Source: Podarcis pityusensis
Lineage: Eukaryota
NCBI GenBank assembly: GCA_964106645.2
Contig: OZ067053.1
Length of the DNA stretch: 64,000 nucleotides
Reading direction: 5' to 3' (one strand)
Part shown: positions 1 through 11,929 of the stretch, piece after piece
How the letters are laid out: the number at the start of each line of letters is the position of its first letter
How positions within the stretch are numbered: the first letter of the stretch is position 1
Notes under the pieces: generated by a model
What the model saw: only the letters and a program-made list of their open reading frames with translations
Told to the model about the DNA's origin: nothing
The model's database searches: none
Position numbers and translations under genes: made by a program

Positions 1-944
1 CTCTCCCAAACCTATTTTGCTGACATGAGTCATGATAATTTCCCAACCAAGTAGCCTGAGAACTGTGGTTTTGAGATGGAGATAAGATAGAGCTGCTAGC
101 ACCCTCCCAAACTACAATTCCAATAGTTTTTTGGGGGGAAACATTTACATTTTCCAATGTGTTCTTTTGCTTGTTGGAGTCCTTCCAGATTGGGTTGTTT
201 GGTTCTTTTGCGGCTGTATTCTGCACCAATAATTATTGATGCAATAACAGTGCTTTAATGGTGGACTGTATCTGACGGTCTTCACATTATTCCACGCATC
301 TTAGCTGTTCTGTGATGCTTCCCCAACCTTACCACATTGCTGCCTGCTGGAGGAGCAGGACAAATAATAAACTGGAACATTTGTGGTATAAAAATCCCTA
401 AGTCTCAGAGGTCTACCTTTTTCATCATGACCCAGTCCCACTGGAATCTCTTCAGATTTAGCAACAACCATATATATATATATTCTCTGTACTACTGAAA
501 TCTAGAAATGTGCCTTGTTGAGCAAGGAGAGTGGGTGATTCTGATGATACCTTGAACTTTACTTAGAAGTAAAGTGCATTGATGTCTATTGAATTTTTTC
601 CAAGTGAGCATGCTTTAGTTCATAACCCATAAGACACCAAAATTGCATGCCACCATGTGCCCTAATTTTGTTCCACGTGGCAGAGGCAAGTACAGATGTG
701 AGTAACCCTGACTTGAACATTCCTTGTGGTCTAAGTATATGTGATGTCAGCAGATCTATGTTACAGAATTCTGGTCGCAGCTGAACAGGTATATAAGAGT
801 TTGAAGTCATTTCATGTGGAGGAGTGTGTGAAAGAGGTTGCTGAACCCTTTCCCCACACCACACTCCCACCCCCTTGAAACTACTCCCCACCCCTTGTTT
901 GTCTCCCATTTAAACTCTGACTGGGGAAAAGCCTCACTAGGGGC

Positions 945-2695
945 TAATAATAGTAATAATAATTAATAATGATTTATTATTTTTATTTATATGCCACCCA
1001 TCTGATTGGGTTGCCCCAGCCACTTTGGGCAGCTTCCAACAAATTATAAAGCCACAATAAAATATCAAACATTAAAAACTTCCCTGTACAGGACTGCCTT
1101 CAGATGTCTTCTAAAAGTCAGATAGTTGTTTATTTCCTTGACATCTGATTGGGGGGGGGGCGTTCCACAGGGCAGGCATGACTATCAAGAATGTCCTCTG
1201 CTTAGTTCCCTGTAACCTCACTTCTCGTATTGAGGGAACTACCAGAAGGCCCTTGAAGCTGGATCCCAGTGTCTGGGCCAAACAACGGTGGTGGAGACGC
1301 TTCATCAGGTACAGAGCCTTAGCCAACTAAGACTTTTAAAGGTCATCATCAACACTATGAATCGTGCTTGGAAACATACTGGGAGCCAATGTAGATCCTT
1401 TAGGACAGGTGTTATATGGTACCGGTGACTGCTCTCAGTCACCAGTCTGGCAGCCCCATTCTGGATTAGTTGTAGTTTCCAAATCACCTTCAAAGGTATC
1501 CCCACACAGAGTGCATTGCAGTAGTCCATGTGAGAGATAACCGGAACGTCTACCACTCTGGCAAGACAGTACACAGGCAGATACCTCAGCCTGCATACCA
1601 GATGGAGCTGTTAGACAGCTGCCCTGGACACAAAATTAACCTGCCCCTCCATGGACAGCTGTGAATACAAAATGACCCCCAGCCTGTGCGCCTGGTCTTT
1701 GGGGGCACAGTTACCCCATTCAGGTCCAGGGAGTCCCCCCACCTGCCCACCCACTGTCCCCTAGAAACAATACTTCTGTTGGGGTTCAGCCTCAATCCAT
1801 TGATCACCATCCACCCCCCAGACACCTCCAGACACCCACACAGGAAGTTTACTGCCTTCAGTGGTTCCAATTTAAATGAAAGTTAGAGCTGGGTATCATC
1901 CACATGTTGGTGAACACCCAGCCCAACCCCCCAATGATCTCTTCCAGTAGTTTCATATGTTGAAAAGCATGGGGGAGAGGACAGAGTCCTGAGGCACCCC
2001 ACAAGTGAGCACCCAGAGGACCAAACACTCATCCCTCACCACTAGTTTCTAGACATGCCCCAGGAGGAAGGAGTGGAACCACTGCATAACAGTGCCCCTA
2101 ACTCCCAGCCCTCTTAGACAGTCCAGGAGGATACTGTAGTCGATAGTATCAGAAGCTGCTGAGAGATGCAGCAGACCTAGCAAACAGCTTTCACCTCTGT
2201 CCCTACCTGGCCTGCAAGAGATCATTGAACAGCACAACCAAGGCAGTTTCAGTCCTATGGTGGGACCTGAAACCCGATTGGAAGAGGTCCAAATAGTCTG
2301 CATCCTCCAGATGTGCCTGGAGTTGTTCCATGACCACCCACTCAATCACCTTGCCCAGGAATGGAATATTTGAGACTTGGTGATAATTGGCCATGGTGGC
2401 CAGTTCCAAAGATGTTTTTTTAAGAGGCGGTTCAATAACCACCTCTTTAAGGGGTTCCAGGAAGACTCACCCACACTCTACCACTCCACAGAGCCCATTG
2501 CCCAGCCCTTTCTGGCTCGCTTTTGTGGGCCAGGATGGGCAAGGGTCAATAAGACTCATTCAAGCAGCCTGGCCAGGTTGAAATTGATCCCATGAACGTG
2601 ACTAGACAGAGTGCTGGCACCCTCCCACCCCAGCCCTGCCCCACTGTGAAGTCTGCCTCCTTCCAAATTTGAGCAATTTTATCTGCAAATGACTT
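945..2695 (-). mobile_element. Decayed L2-clade LINE 3' portion (RT and C-terminal remnants); boundaries approximate
   Basis: Minus-strand ORF fragments carry L2-type motifs ([79 protein letters not shown]) with many frameshifts, and an AAT/TTA-rich tail near 945-990. Confidence 0.85.
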
Positions 2696-3262
2696 TGCTT
2701 TGTCTGCTTATTCATACTTCCTCTTGTCTTGCTCTTTTCCCCAGGGAAAACTGCTCTTTAGTGCTCAATTGAAGCAAACAGCAATCAGGTTTTCCATGGG
2801 CTGCCATTTATTCCAGTTTAGAGCTAAAGAGCAGGTTTCCCTGGGAATGGAGCAGGACAAGGGGGAAACCGCTCGGACCCATGCCTAGAAAAGTGGATCA
2901 AGCAGAAAACAGCTTGGAAGTGTGCTTTCTAGGCACAGGACAAGCAGAAATGTGAGCATGCCCTGGGTGAAGTAGGTGTGAAAAGGTGCTGAAATCTCTT
3001 ATTTCTGGCAGGGAGAAGTGGTTCAGCACCCCTTCCTGATTCTCTGCTGTAAGCCACTAGCACCCCACCCTCTTAACACCTGTTCAGACCTGACCACCAT
3101 CACATCTACCTTAGAGCCCTTGGTTTTCTTTCCTGTGTCTGAATTCCTTTAGGCAAGGTCCTGAGCTGTTGTTGACATGAATTGTGAGGTCTCTTGTTAC
3201 ACTTTCTGTGGTTTGTTGTTGTTTTTTTGCCCCTATTTGTTTTCTTCCTCATCTGCTTCTAG

Positions 3263-3412
3263 TTGAAACAGTCCAGAGCAACCCTGTCCTCCTCGTAGAA
3301 AGCAGCCCACTGGTTGCTCTCCAGAACCACGACAGCTTCATGGAAACCAGTATCCCTGTTCCCATCCTGAATTGGCAAGATATTTCCAGTAAAAATTCTG
3401 GATTTGCTGAGT
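3263..3412 (+). CDS. PITPNM2: PITPNM2 internal cassette exon (150 nt, phase 1-1)
   Basis: Pyrimidine tract with AG at 3261-3262. Reads (V)ETVQSNPVLLVESSPLVALQNHDSFMETSIPVPILNWQ...FAE(S), resembling an alternative exon I recall from mammalian PITPNM2 (VETVQRNPELVLE...ETSMPVP..WQ). Donor is GTGTGT and the frame is preserved. Confidence 0.8.
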
Positions 3413-3763
3413 GTGTGTAACGTGCCCTTCTCCCTCCCCATACTGTCTTGTGACATATATTCTTGGGATTGTGGGTGATGCTTGATAAACAGCTGGTTCC
3501 CTGCCCCCAAGGATCATGAAAGCTTTCCCTACTGCCTTAGTGGCCAGGTTGATTCCCCCAGGACAAAATTGGCAGAGGCAGGGACGGTATTCTTTTCAGA
3601 GGACCAATTACCTGTACAGAATGTTGGAGTTACACAGAATTTTTCAGATATAGTGCACACAGCAGAAATGGGAAACAAGCAAATACAAAAACAGGTAGCA
3701 ATTTTATGTTTAAAATTGGGAGTAATATTCCCTGCCCCTTTTTAATTTTTTATTTTGGACACT

Positions 3764-3803
3764 GGTACCTGAAGAAGAACTCTGTGTTGCTCAAAAGTTC
3801 ACC
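3764..3803 (+). repeat. Possible decayed Penelope-like terminal repeat / degenerate hammerhead remnant
   Basis: ggtacCTGAAGAagaactctgtgttgctcAAAAgttcacc has the CTGAAGA-stem-(G)AAA layout, but with mutated GAAA and stem II. Confidence 0.35.
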
Positions 3804-6267
3804 TCCAGCACCTTTAGCATTAGTGCATAGGCACTACATCATCTGTTTGGTATACCTCCCTTTCTGATAAGTGACAAGCAAGCAAAGCAACCCTCTTTCC
3901 TCCCCTTGGCCACGCATGCCTGATTCTGCAGGGTGGAGGTACACACTGTGCGCAAGGTGATGCCCGCTGAGCCGAGAAGAACCAATTCACACCTCCACCT
4001 CTGCTTGGGGAGTTTTAAAATATCCTTTGCTTGCATTCAGCCTAGCTCACGCAGACAAGCTCGTCCAAGGTGCTCAACACAAATGTATAGGCTTGCAGTT
4101 TTTCATGCTGCCGCTCAGTCCACTTTGGAGGGGTTTGCGTGTGGTTAGGTGCAAAGTTGCAGATTGATGTTCACAGTGAGGAGACATTTTCTATCTGGGC
4201 AGGAGGAACCAAGTGACCCACTGCAAGAGGCAAGGGAGGTCGTGTGATGCTACAACAGCAAAAAAGGAGAAGGTGAAAATCCCAGTGACTCAGCATTTAG
4301 CTGACTCATTATCCAGCCTGCAGTGCTAGCGGAAGGAAGAGATTCCTCTCTGCACTCCTAGTTCATTCCCACTGCTAGGTCTAGGAACTGAGAATTCGTG
4401 ACTTTGCGTTAAATGTTTCTGATTAGGGTGGCCATCTGCCCTACTTTACACAGGACAGTTCTCTATTTGAAGGGCTTGCCTGCCCAATCCAGCTCAAAGA
4501 TAAAGAGCCCTAAGAAGGGAGAGCAGCAGAGGGAACCTTGAAGTTCCCCATCAAAAAAATAGCAGCACTGTCTTCTCTACTAGGATGCAGTGGTACTTTA
4601 GTCACTATTTCTGAATTTGCATCTGTATATATAAATTAGCATATACAAATTTTATCCATTGGATTCCAAGTGTTCCCCCTGCTGTTTAGGATATGAAGTG
4701 CATGCTTTGTGTTCCGTAGAAGTTTAAACTCCCTGAAGGGCTCTCTGGTGGTGGTCATCCAGCATCCCTTTTATAGCACAGGAAGGGGCTGGCAATATCC
4801 ACTTCCCCCACACCTCTCCTGTGCTATTAAAATCCCTGTAAAATTGCACTGCTTGCTTATGCGATATGTATCTACTCTAGGGGGCCGAGGTGTGGAGTTC
4901 CTCTGCCAAGCAATGCGTGCAAAAATGAATATAGCTAGGATAAAATAGGAACAAAATGTGCATATATTTGTGAAAATAGCATACAAAATGCATTGTTTTA
5001 GGAGAAATTGCCTTGCAAAAATGCATATATCAGAAGAAATTCATACTAAAATGCAGACTAATTTGCATGAAGACTTTTTAAAAATCAGAAACCACTGTGG
5101 AAATGTGGGGAACTCAACTTAAAAGTGGAAAATAAGAAAGAAAGATTGAAATTGGCAGATTTGTCCCTCCCTAGGCAGCTCCTGCTCCTGTGGAAGTCTA
5201 AAAGCAGAAGGAAGTTCCCTGCATCCTCACTGGAGCTCCCTTTGTAGGAACTTCTTTCATGTCCTGAAATATGCTCAGTTTCCAAATATGCTCAGCATTA
5301 AGTTTAGACACCAATCATGTACAGGATTCAACGTTTATGTGGGAAAGCTTTCAAGACCTTGGTGCCTCTAATGGCTTCTGCTTCCAAAATCGAGTTTCCT
5401 TTTGTTGCTGATTTTCTGCCTGGCTGCATTTCTTTTCAAATTTTGCATCAAAGGGGTGTTTGCAAGATCGCGGTTGACTTGTGAAAATAATTGGAGTGGA
5501 TCGTTCCTCCTTCATACTTATTTTCAAAACTGTGCAAATCACAGCTTTTAGGAAGCAAGGTAAAGACCTCCAACTAAGACCTGATGCTTACAGAGGATGC
5601 ATGGTGGTCGTTGACCAATAACATCTAATAATTTATCATCTGATGGGATTTTAAATTAGTACCATTTTATCTGCTGTTTCTACTGACTGCTTTTGTTTTT
5701 ATAGAGTTTATATGGTTTTAAAATCTTTATTGACTTCCAAAACAGCACGGAACTCATCTGTTTGTGTACTGAAGGGCAGTATATCAATTTAGAAATAAAC
5801 ACTGAAAGATTATGCATGCTGTGATGTCATTGCAAATTTCAGTGCCTGTTAAAAACATTCCTGTTTAGACAAGCCTACCCAGATGCTTAGAAAGTTGAGG
5901 TAATCTTAATCTGTTTTAGTATTTTAATTTTTGTATGTTTTAAAGTAAGGTTGTAAACTTTTCTTGATTTTGCTATTTTATCTTTTGTAAACAACTTTGA
6001 GGGGTGTGGTGGTTTTTTTTGTTGCCAAGGGGTGTATAAATTTTAGGAAAATAAAAAAATAAAAACATCCTTCCCACTTCTAAAAGCCACAGGTGGTTAT
6101 AGGCCAAAAGTGTGGTTACCAAGGAAGGTTTTTGCCTGCCGCCTAAATATATATAATAATGGCAGCTGGCCAAGAGGGAGCCACTGCAGAATATGCCCAA
6201 GACTGAGAATGTGTGAGATGGAGATGGAGAATGCAGCAGTCTGGTTCTTCTCTTAAGCTAAGACTCA

Positions 6268-6455
6268 GGAACATAGGAAGCTGCTGTATACTAGGTCAGA
6301 CCATTGGTCCTCCAGCTCAGATTTTTCCACATTGACTGGAAGCAGTTTGCCAGGATTTCAGGCAGGGATCATTCCCAGGCCTACCTGGAGATACTAGGGA
6401 TTGAACTGGGACCCTCTGCAGCCAAAACAGATTATTCTACCCCTGAACTACACAG
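6268..6455 (-). mobile_element. tRNA-derived SINE (Squam3-like), old copy; related copies near 22848-23030, 31262-31440, 42308-42480, 55098-55150, 57652-57730
   Basis: Shared body (ggaagctgc..tatact..gtcagaccattggtcc / aaaccctggagagc..ctgccagtcagtgtagacaatactg) and a tRNA-like head (gtagctcag.ggtagagca) recur across the window. Confidence 0.65.
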
Positions 6456-7029
6456 TCCTCCCCCTGCAAGACAGTCTCCCATGCCCTTTTCACCCTAGCT
6501 CTACGAACACTGTTTGTATTTAAGAGCATAAGGCAAAGCTGCTGAATGCCCATCTATTCCAGCATCCTGTTCTCACAGTGGCCAACCAGATGCTTGTGGG
6601 AAGCCTGCAAACCGAACAGCAGCATTCTGCCCACCTGTGGTTACCAGCAGCTGGTATTGGCTCTATCAGATTCACACAGTGCCATCTAGTGGTAGGAGGG
6701 GGAACAATTTCTTATGGGTTTGGATTTTTATGTCTACATCTTCCCTCTATGGATTTGTGGGCCAGGTCATATACCATTAGCTGCAAGAGTTTGGTTTCTT
6801 TGCCATTGTGTTTTTGAATTACACAACCTTTCTTACCTGTGTTAACTTACTAACTTGGGGTCAGAAGTTTTGATGTACCAGAGTGGACCGTCCTGGAAAA
6901 GAGATGCAGGAATGAGGAAGATCGCCCAGTACTGGGGACAGAGGGCTGGAGAATCATGACATAAAAAGCCGGACTGTCAGGAGCCATGCTATTTCTCTGG
7001 AGCTATAAAATGGATTCCATGCCCTCACC

Positions 7030-7206
7030 TCAGACACCTGTGATGTCTCTACACAAATGTGCAAAGTGTGGGGAACAAGCAAGAAGAACTTAATTTCTTA
7101 ATACAGGATGACAAATATGACCTAATAGGCATTACTGAAAACTGGTGGGATGTGACTTGTGACTGGAATATAGAAATTGAGAGGTAAAACCTGCTCAAAA
7201 GAAAGG
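7030..7206 (+). mobile_element. CR1 LINE ORF2 start (endonuclease), left part, interrupted by the MITE/Gypsy insertion
   Basis: Translates as CLYTNVQSVGNKQEEL.. and YDLIGITE..WWD..DWNIEIE, typical of the CR1 APE N-terminus. It continues after 12343. Confidence 0.8.
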
Positions 7207-7347
7207 AGTAGCAGCAGTCCTTTTTTTCTGGGGGGACGCATACCCCTAAACATTTTGTGAATCTTTGTACTTTTGTCCTTTTACTGTATTTATTTTCCCT
7301 GATTTGAACTATAAAATGGTGTTTTCTTGAGTCAAAATGAGAGTACC

Positions 7348-7717
7348 TGAAATATACTCAGAGTCGCAAAGTGATTTCATGCTCTTTATTCAGCTCATAG
7401 TGGTGAGGAGGAATGAATAAATGTCCCCTCACAGTATCTGCTTTATATACATTATTTACACAATGGGCTGCACATGATTGGCTAATTCTGGAATTCTACT
7501 GTAAGCCAATCAGGTTGTGGATTCACTTCTATCTGGAGCAGGATTGGGTGGTTCCTGCCAACCAATCATACTGCTGCATTGTTCTAGGACCAATCAGACT
7601 GCTGCATTCTGAATCCTATTGTTCTAGGACCAATCAGACTGCTGCCTTTTGGATCCTATTGTTCTAGGACCAATCAGACTGCTACAGTTTGGATCCTATT
7701 CAACTCAGTACATAACA
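7348..7717 (-). repeat. 3' LTR of the Gypsy element (370 bp)
   Basis: Identical by eye to 11930-12299. Adjacent to the polypurine tract. Confidence 0.97.
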
Positions 7718-7730
7718 CCCCTCCCCTCTA
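7718..7730 (-). other. Polypurine tract, overlapping the gag-pol TAG stop
   Basis: Minus strand reads TAGAGGGGAGGGG directly before the 3' LTR TG. Confidence 0.9.
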
Positions 7731-10700
7731 AGTTCCAGTCCTGCCCGGGAGGTCGCATTCATAGTCCTCAAGGTATGCCGGCGGCCTACGTGTGCGTTGT
7801 GGCCTGGGGTGTTCCCTGGTCCGGGCTCCGGGTTCTGGCTCGTGTTCCAAGGATGCTGGCTGTGATGCGGCTGTTTGGTCTGGTGCAACCGGCTCGCTCA
7901 GTCGTGGTTCTGGTTCCGGTGTCCTTTCGGCCTCACGGGTCCTCTCTGTATTTACTGATTCTGCCTCTCCTGCTGGCCCCTCCTGCTCTATGGGCCTCAC
8001 TGCCCCGCTGTTCCCTTGGGACTCCTCTGACCTGTCCTCCTCCTGGTTTTCTCCCGGGAATCGTCGCCGTATCTGGTCGCAGTGGCGGCGCCAGCATTGC
8101 CCCCCATCCGTTAGCACCTCGTACGACACGGGGCCAGTGACCCTGGTGATTGTGGCGGGTACCCATGCTGGGCCTGCCCCAAAATTCTTTGCGTACACTG
8201 GGTCCTGGGCCTCGAAGGTCCGGGGGTTCCTGCCTTCCCCCACCACTACCTCATCCTGAGCTCTATCGGGGTGAAGGCGGTCCAATCTGATTGCAAGGCG
8301 CCGACCCATTAGTAGTTCAGCGGGGCTCCGGCCAGTCGTTGAGCTGGGGGTGCTGTGCTGTGCTAGAAGGAATGTGGCAAGGCGGTACTCCCAGTCCCCT
8401 TGCGTCATGCGGCGAAGGGTGTCCTTGGTGGTCCGCACCATGCGTTCTGCTTGGCCATTGGTGGCAGGGTGGAACGGCGCCGAACGGATGTGGCGGATGG
8501 CGTTCTGCGCTGTGAAGGTTTGGAATTCTCCTGACGTAAATGCAGTCCCGTTGTCTGAGACGAGAGTGTCAGGGAGCCCGTGGGTTGCAAACAGCCTGCG
8601 TAGTACCCGGATGGCTGCGGACGTGGAAGTGGACGGTACCAGTGCGACTTCCAGCCATTTGGTGTAGGAGTCCACCACTATGAAGAATGTTTTCCCCTGA
8701 AAGGGGCCAGCGAAATCCACATGCAGGCGTGACCATGGTGCTCGGGCGGACTCCCAGGACTGGACTGGGGCCCTTGGGGGATCTGGGCGGGATTCTTGGC
8801 AGGCCTGGCAGTGTTTGACCCAGGCCTCTATCTCTCCATCGATCCCCGGCCACCACACATAACTCCTGGCAAGGGCCTTCATTCTTACTACCCCTGGATG
8901 TGTCTCGTGTAGGGCTGTGAGGACCCTTTTGCAGAGGGGCTGGGGAACAACGACTCTGCTTCCCCATAACAGGCACCCCTTGTGGGCCGACAGTTCATGT
9001 TTGCGGGTTGTGTAGCCGGCGAATTCTGGCCCGGGGCTGCTGCTGGGCCATCCCCTCCACACCCAGTCCAGGACCCGGGAGATGACCCTATCTTTCTTGG
9101 AATGGTGTGCAACTTCTTGTGCCTGAATGGGGCGGTCGGGAAGCAGCTCCAGGCTCATAACCTCTTGTGCAGGTGCTGGGTCAGGGCCTGTTTCCGGTAG
9201 TGGTAGCCTGCTGAGGGCGTCCGCATGGCCCATCGCCTTCCCAGGTCGGTGAATCAGTGCATACTGGTAGCTGGCAAGGAAAATTGACCACCTGAGGACG
9301 CGAGGAGACAGCACTTGGGGGGTCTGCTTTTCGGGGGCAAACAAGCCAAGCAACGGCTTGTGGTCAGTCACCACGGTGAAGGGCCGCCCGTACAAGAAAT
9401 CATGGAATTTTTTTACTCCCTTTACGATTGCCAGACCCTCCTTGTCGATTTGCGAGTAGTTCCGCTCGGTTGTGTTGAGTGTCTGGGAAAAGTACGCCAC
9501 CGGTACCTCTCTTCCATCCGGGAGTTGGTGCCCCAGGACAGCTCCAATGCCATAGGGTGAGGCGTCGCATGCTAGCACCACCGGCAGCCTCTCGTCGAAG
9601 TGTGCCAAGACCGAGTTTGAGACAAGCAAGTCCTTGACTGCCTGGAATGCGGCCTCCTGGCGCTGGCCCCACACCCAAGGGGCCCGCTTGTCCAGGAGTC
9701 TGTGTAGGGGCTCCGCTACCGCCGCCTTGTGGGGAAGGAAGGAATGGTAAAAGTTCAATAGTCCCAAGAAGGCCTGAAGTTCAGTCTTGCTCTTGGGCGC
9801 TGGGGCATCACAAATGGCCCGTACCTTGTCCCCAGTCGGGTGGACCCCTTCTGCGTCCACCATAAATCCCAGAAAGTCCACCTGAGGCACTCCTAGTAGA
9901 CATTTTTCCCGCTTCACCTTGAGACCCGCCGTCTGGAAACGGTGCAGAACGGTGCGGAGGCGGTCCTCAAACTCCTCTGGTGTGGGGCCGGCAATCAACA
10001 CATCATCGAAGAAGGGGGTGACGCCAGGAATCCCTTTAAGGAGAGAGTCCATTATATTCTGGAATATGCCTGGTGCCACGCTGACACCGAATTGCAGCCG
10101 CTTTACCCTGAACGCTCCTCTGTGCGTCACAATCGTCTGTGCCTCTGCTGTGGCCTCATCTACTGGCAGCTGTTGATATGCTTGGGCCAAGTCCAGCTTG
10201 CCAAAAATTTTCGACCCAGCCAGGGTGGCAAGGACATGGCTGACCACTGGCACTGGGTATGCGTGGGCCGTGAGGGCCTTGTTTATGGTACATTTGTAGT
10301 CTGCGCAGATGCGGACCGAACCATTAGGCTTGACGGGTGTGACGATTGGGGTTTCCCAGGGAGCATTAGGCACCGGCTCCAGCACTCCTTGCTCTACGAG
10401 TCGGTCCAATTCCTCGTCTATACGGGGTTTCAAGGCGAACGGGACCCGGCGGGCCTTGAGCCTGACCGGTCGTACTGCGGGGTCAAGCTGTAGCGCAATG
10501 GGGGGGCCCGTATACTGTCCCAATTTCCCATCGAAAACCCCTGGAAATTCCTTGCATATGGCGTCCACGTCCACTTGTAAGCTCGTGTGGTTCACCCCGG
10601 TGACAGCTAGCCCCAGTGGTCCAAACCATGCCAATCCCAGTAAGCTAATGTAGGGGCCCTTGACCACAAGCAAGTCCAGTTGCCGCGTCCGCCCTCGGTA

Positions 10701-11804
10701 TTGCACCCTGAAGGTCCCCACCCCCATTGTGGGGACCTTACGTTTCTGGAAGTCCCGGAGGGTGAATGGGGCCGGCCTGAGTTTGGGACCCCCAGTGGGA
10801 CACAGTTTCCTTAAGGTCCTTGCCGAGATTATGGATAGAGTTGAACCCGTGTCAAGCTCCATGCGGCATGGGGCCCCCTCTATCTGTACCTCTACATAAA
10901 TTTTCTCTACGTTGGGGTGGGGCAACTGGTATACCTGGAAGTCCGTGAGCTCCGTCGAGTTGCCTTGGTGCGTTGGGCCCCGGGACCTGGGGCTCTTGGA
11001 TTGGTCATCTGATGCCTGGTGTCGGGTGGGCCAAGCCCGACACACCCGGGCGATGTGTCCCGATTTTCTGCACTGTCTGCACTCTGCGTTGCGGAAACGG
11101 CAGGTCCTCCTCTCGTGACTCTCCCCGCAGCTTGCGCAGTTCCCTCCTTCTCGTCGAGGCAGCTGTGGTCTGTGCGCTGCTTGAGTGCGCTGCTGTACTC
11201 GGTGCACCTCCTCCCTGTCGGATCCTGAGTCGTCGGTGAGGTCTTCATGGTGGACCCTCGGTTGGGATGGCAGGCTCGGCCGTGCCTCTTGGGTCGACCT
11301 CTCGGCAGCTTCTGTTGCCAGGGCCTCCTCCAGAGCGACCTGGAACGTTAGGTCCTTCTTAGCGTAGAGGCGTCGTTGCAGCTTCTCATCCTTCAGGCCA
11401 CCGACGAGGCGGTCACGAAGCATGTTCTCCAGCTCTGAGAAGTTGCAGAACCGGGCGGCTTGGCGGAGAGAGGTCACAAACCCAGTTATGGTTTCCCCAG
11501 GGGCTTGCCGCTTTGCGTAGAAGGCATTTCGACGAGCCACCACTGAGGGCTGCGGCGAAAAGTGCCCCTTCAGCTGTTCCATTATTGTTTTGTATGGAAC
11601 AGTAGCGACGTCTTCAGGCGCAAGGAGAGCCCGGGCGATTTCAAACGTCTCCTCTCCGCAGACGCTGAAGAATATCGCCCTCTTCTTGGCGTCTTCTTCG
11701 TCGGTGACCCCTTTGGCTTCTAGGAGGAAGGTGAAACGGGAGGCGTACGCTTCCCAGTCTCCAGATGCTGGGTTGAATGGCGAGAAGCTGCTGTTGGCTG
11801 CCAT
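7728..11804 (-). CDS. Gag-Pol polyprotein, 1358 aa (Gag, protease, RT, RNase H, integrase)
   Basis: Zinc knuckles CASCGESHERRTC and CRQCRKSGHIARVC; protease ELDTGS; RT KLDLAQAYQQ, LQFGV, FFDD; RNase H LACDASPYGIGAVL; integrase H-ETH...CQAC, HVDFAGPF, SDNG, AERMVR. Domain order PR-RT-RH-IN is that of Gypsy. Confidence 0.97.
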   Translation of the reverse strand: MAANSSFSPFNPASGDWEAYASRFTFLLEAKGVTDEEDAKKRAIFFSVCGEETFEIARALLAPEDVATVPYKTIMEQLKGHFSPQPSVVARRNAFYAKRQAPGETITGFVTSLRQAARFCNFSELENMLRDRLVGGLKDEKLQRRLYAKKDLTFQVALEEALATEAAERSTQEARPSLPSQPRVHHEDLTDDSGSDREEVHRVQQRTQAAHRPQLPRREGGNCASCGESHERRTCRFRNAECRQCRKSGHIARVCRAWPTRHQASDDQSKSPRSRGPTHQGNSTELTDFQVYQLPHPNVEKIYVEVQIEGAPCRMELDTGSTLSIISARTLRKLCPTGGPKLRPAPFTLRDFQKRKVPTMGVGTFRVQYRGRTRQLDLLVVKGPYISLLGLAWFGPLGLAVTGVNHTSLQVDVDAICKEFPGVFDGKLGQYTGPPIALQLDPAVRPVRLKARRVPFALKPRIDEELDRLVEQGVLEPVPNAPWETPIVTPVKPNGSVRICADYKCTINKALTAHAYPVPVVSHVLATLAGSKIFGKLDLAQAYQQLPVDEATAEAQTIVTHRGAFRVKRLQFGVSVAPGIFQNIMDSLLKGIPGVTPFFDDVLIAGPTPEEFEDRLRTVLHRFQTAGLKVKREKCLLGVPQVDFLGFMVDAEGVHPTGDKVRAICDAPAPKSKTELQAFLGLLNFYHSFLPHKAAVAEPLHRLLDKRAPWVWGQRQEAAFQAVKDLLVSNSVLAHFDERLPVVLACDASPYGIGAVLGHQLPDGREVPVAYFSQTLNTTERNYSQIDKEGLAIVKGVKKFHDFLYGRPFTVVTDHKPLLGLFAPEKQTPQVLSPRVLRWSIFLASYQYALIHRPGKAMGHADALSRLPLPETGPDPAPAQEVMSLELLPDRPIQAQEVAHHSKKDRVISRVLDWVWRGWPSSSPGPEFAGYTTRKHELSAHKGCLLWGSRVVVPQPLCKRVLTALHETHPGVVRMKALARSYVWWPGIDGEIEAWVKHCQACQESRPDPPRAPVQSWESARAPWSRLHVDFAGPFQGKTFFIVVDSYTKWLEVALVPSTSTSAAIRVLRRLFATHGLPDTLVSDNGTAFTSGEFQTFTAQNAIRHIRSAPFHPATNGQAERMVRTTKDTLRRMTQGDWEYRLATFLLAQHSTPSSTTGRSPAELLMGRRLAIRLDRLHPDRAQDEVVVGEGRNPRTFEAQDPVYAKNFGAGPAWVPATITRVTGPVSYEVLTDGGQCWRRHCDQIRRRFPGENQEEDRSEESQGNSGAVRPIEQEGPAGEAESVNTERTREAERTPEPEPRLSEPVAPDQTAASQPASLEHEPEPGARTREHPRPQRTRRPPAYLEDYECDLPGRTGT

Positions 11805-11910
11805 TCTGAGTTCCTTGTGCCCCGGAGCTGAAGCCTGGATACACGGTGCGAGGCAGCGGTGCGGCAGTTGGCGGTGCTGCGGTGCTGTGTGTGGCAGTCA
11901 GCTCAGCGGG

Positions 11911-11928
11911 ATCCCACCTTCGTCGCCA
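11911..11928 (-). other. Primer-binding site, probably for tRNA-Ser(GCU)
   Basis: Minus strand TGGCGACGAAGGTGGGAT begins 1 nt after the 5' LTR. It is complementary to ATCCCACCTTCGTCG-CCA, the 3' end of vertebrate tRNA-Ser(GCU) as I recall it. Confidence 0.88.
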
Positions 11929-11929
11929 G

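Noticed and set aside
7413-7667. Duplicated 84-aa ORF (also at 11995-12249)
   Set aside because: Lies within the LTR and is duplicated only because the LTRs are identical.
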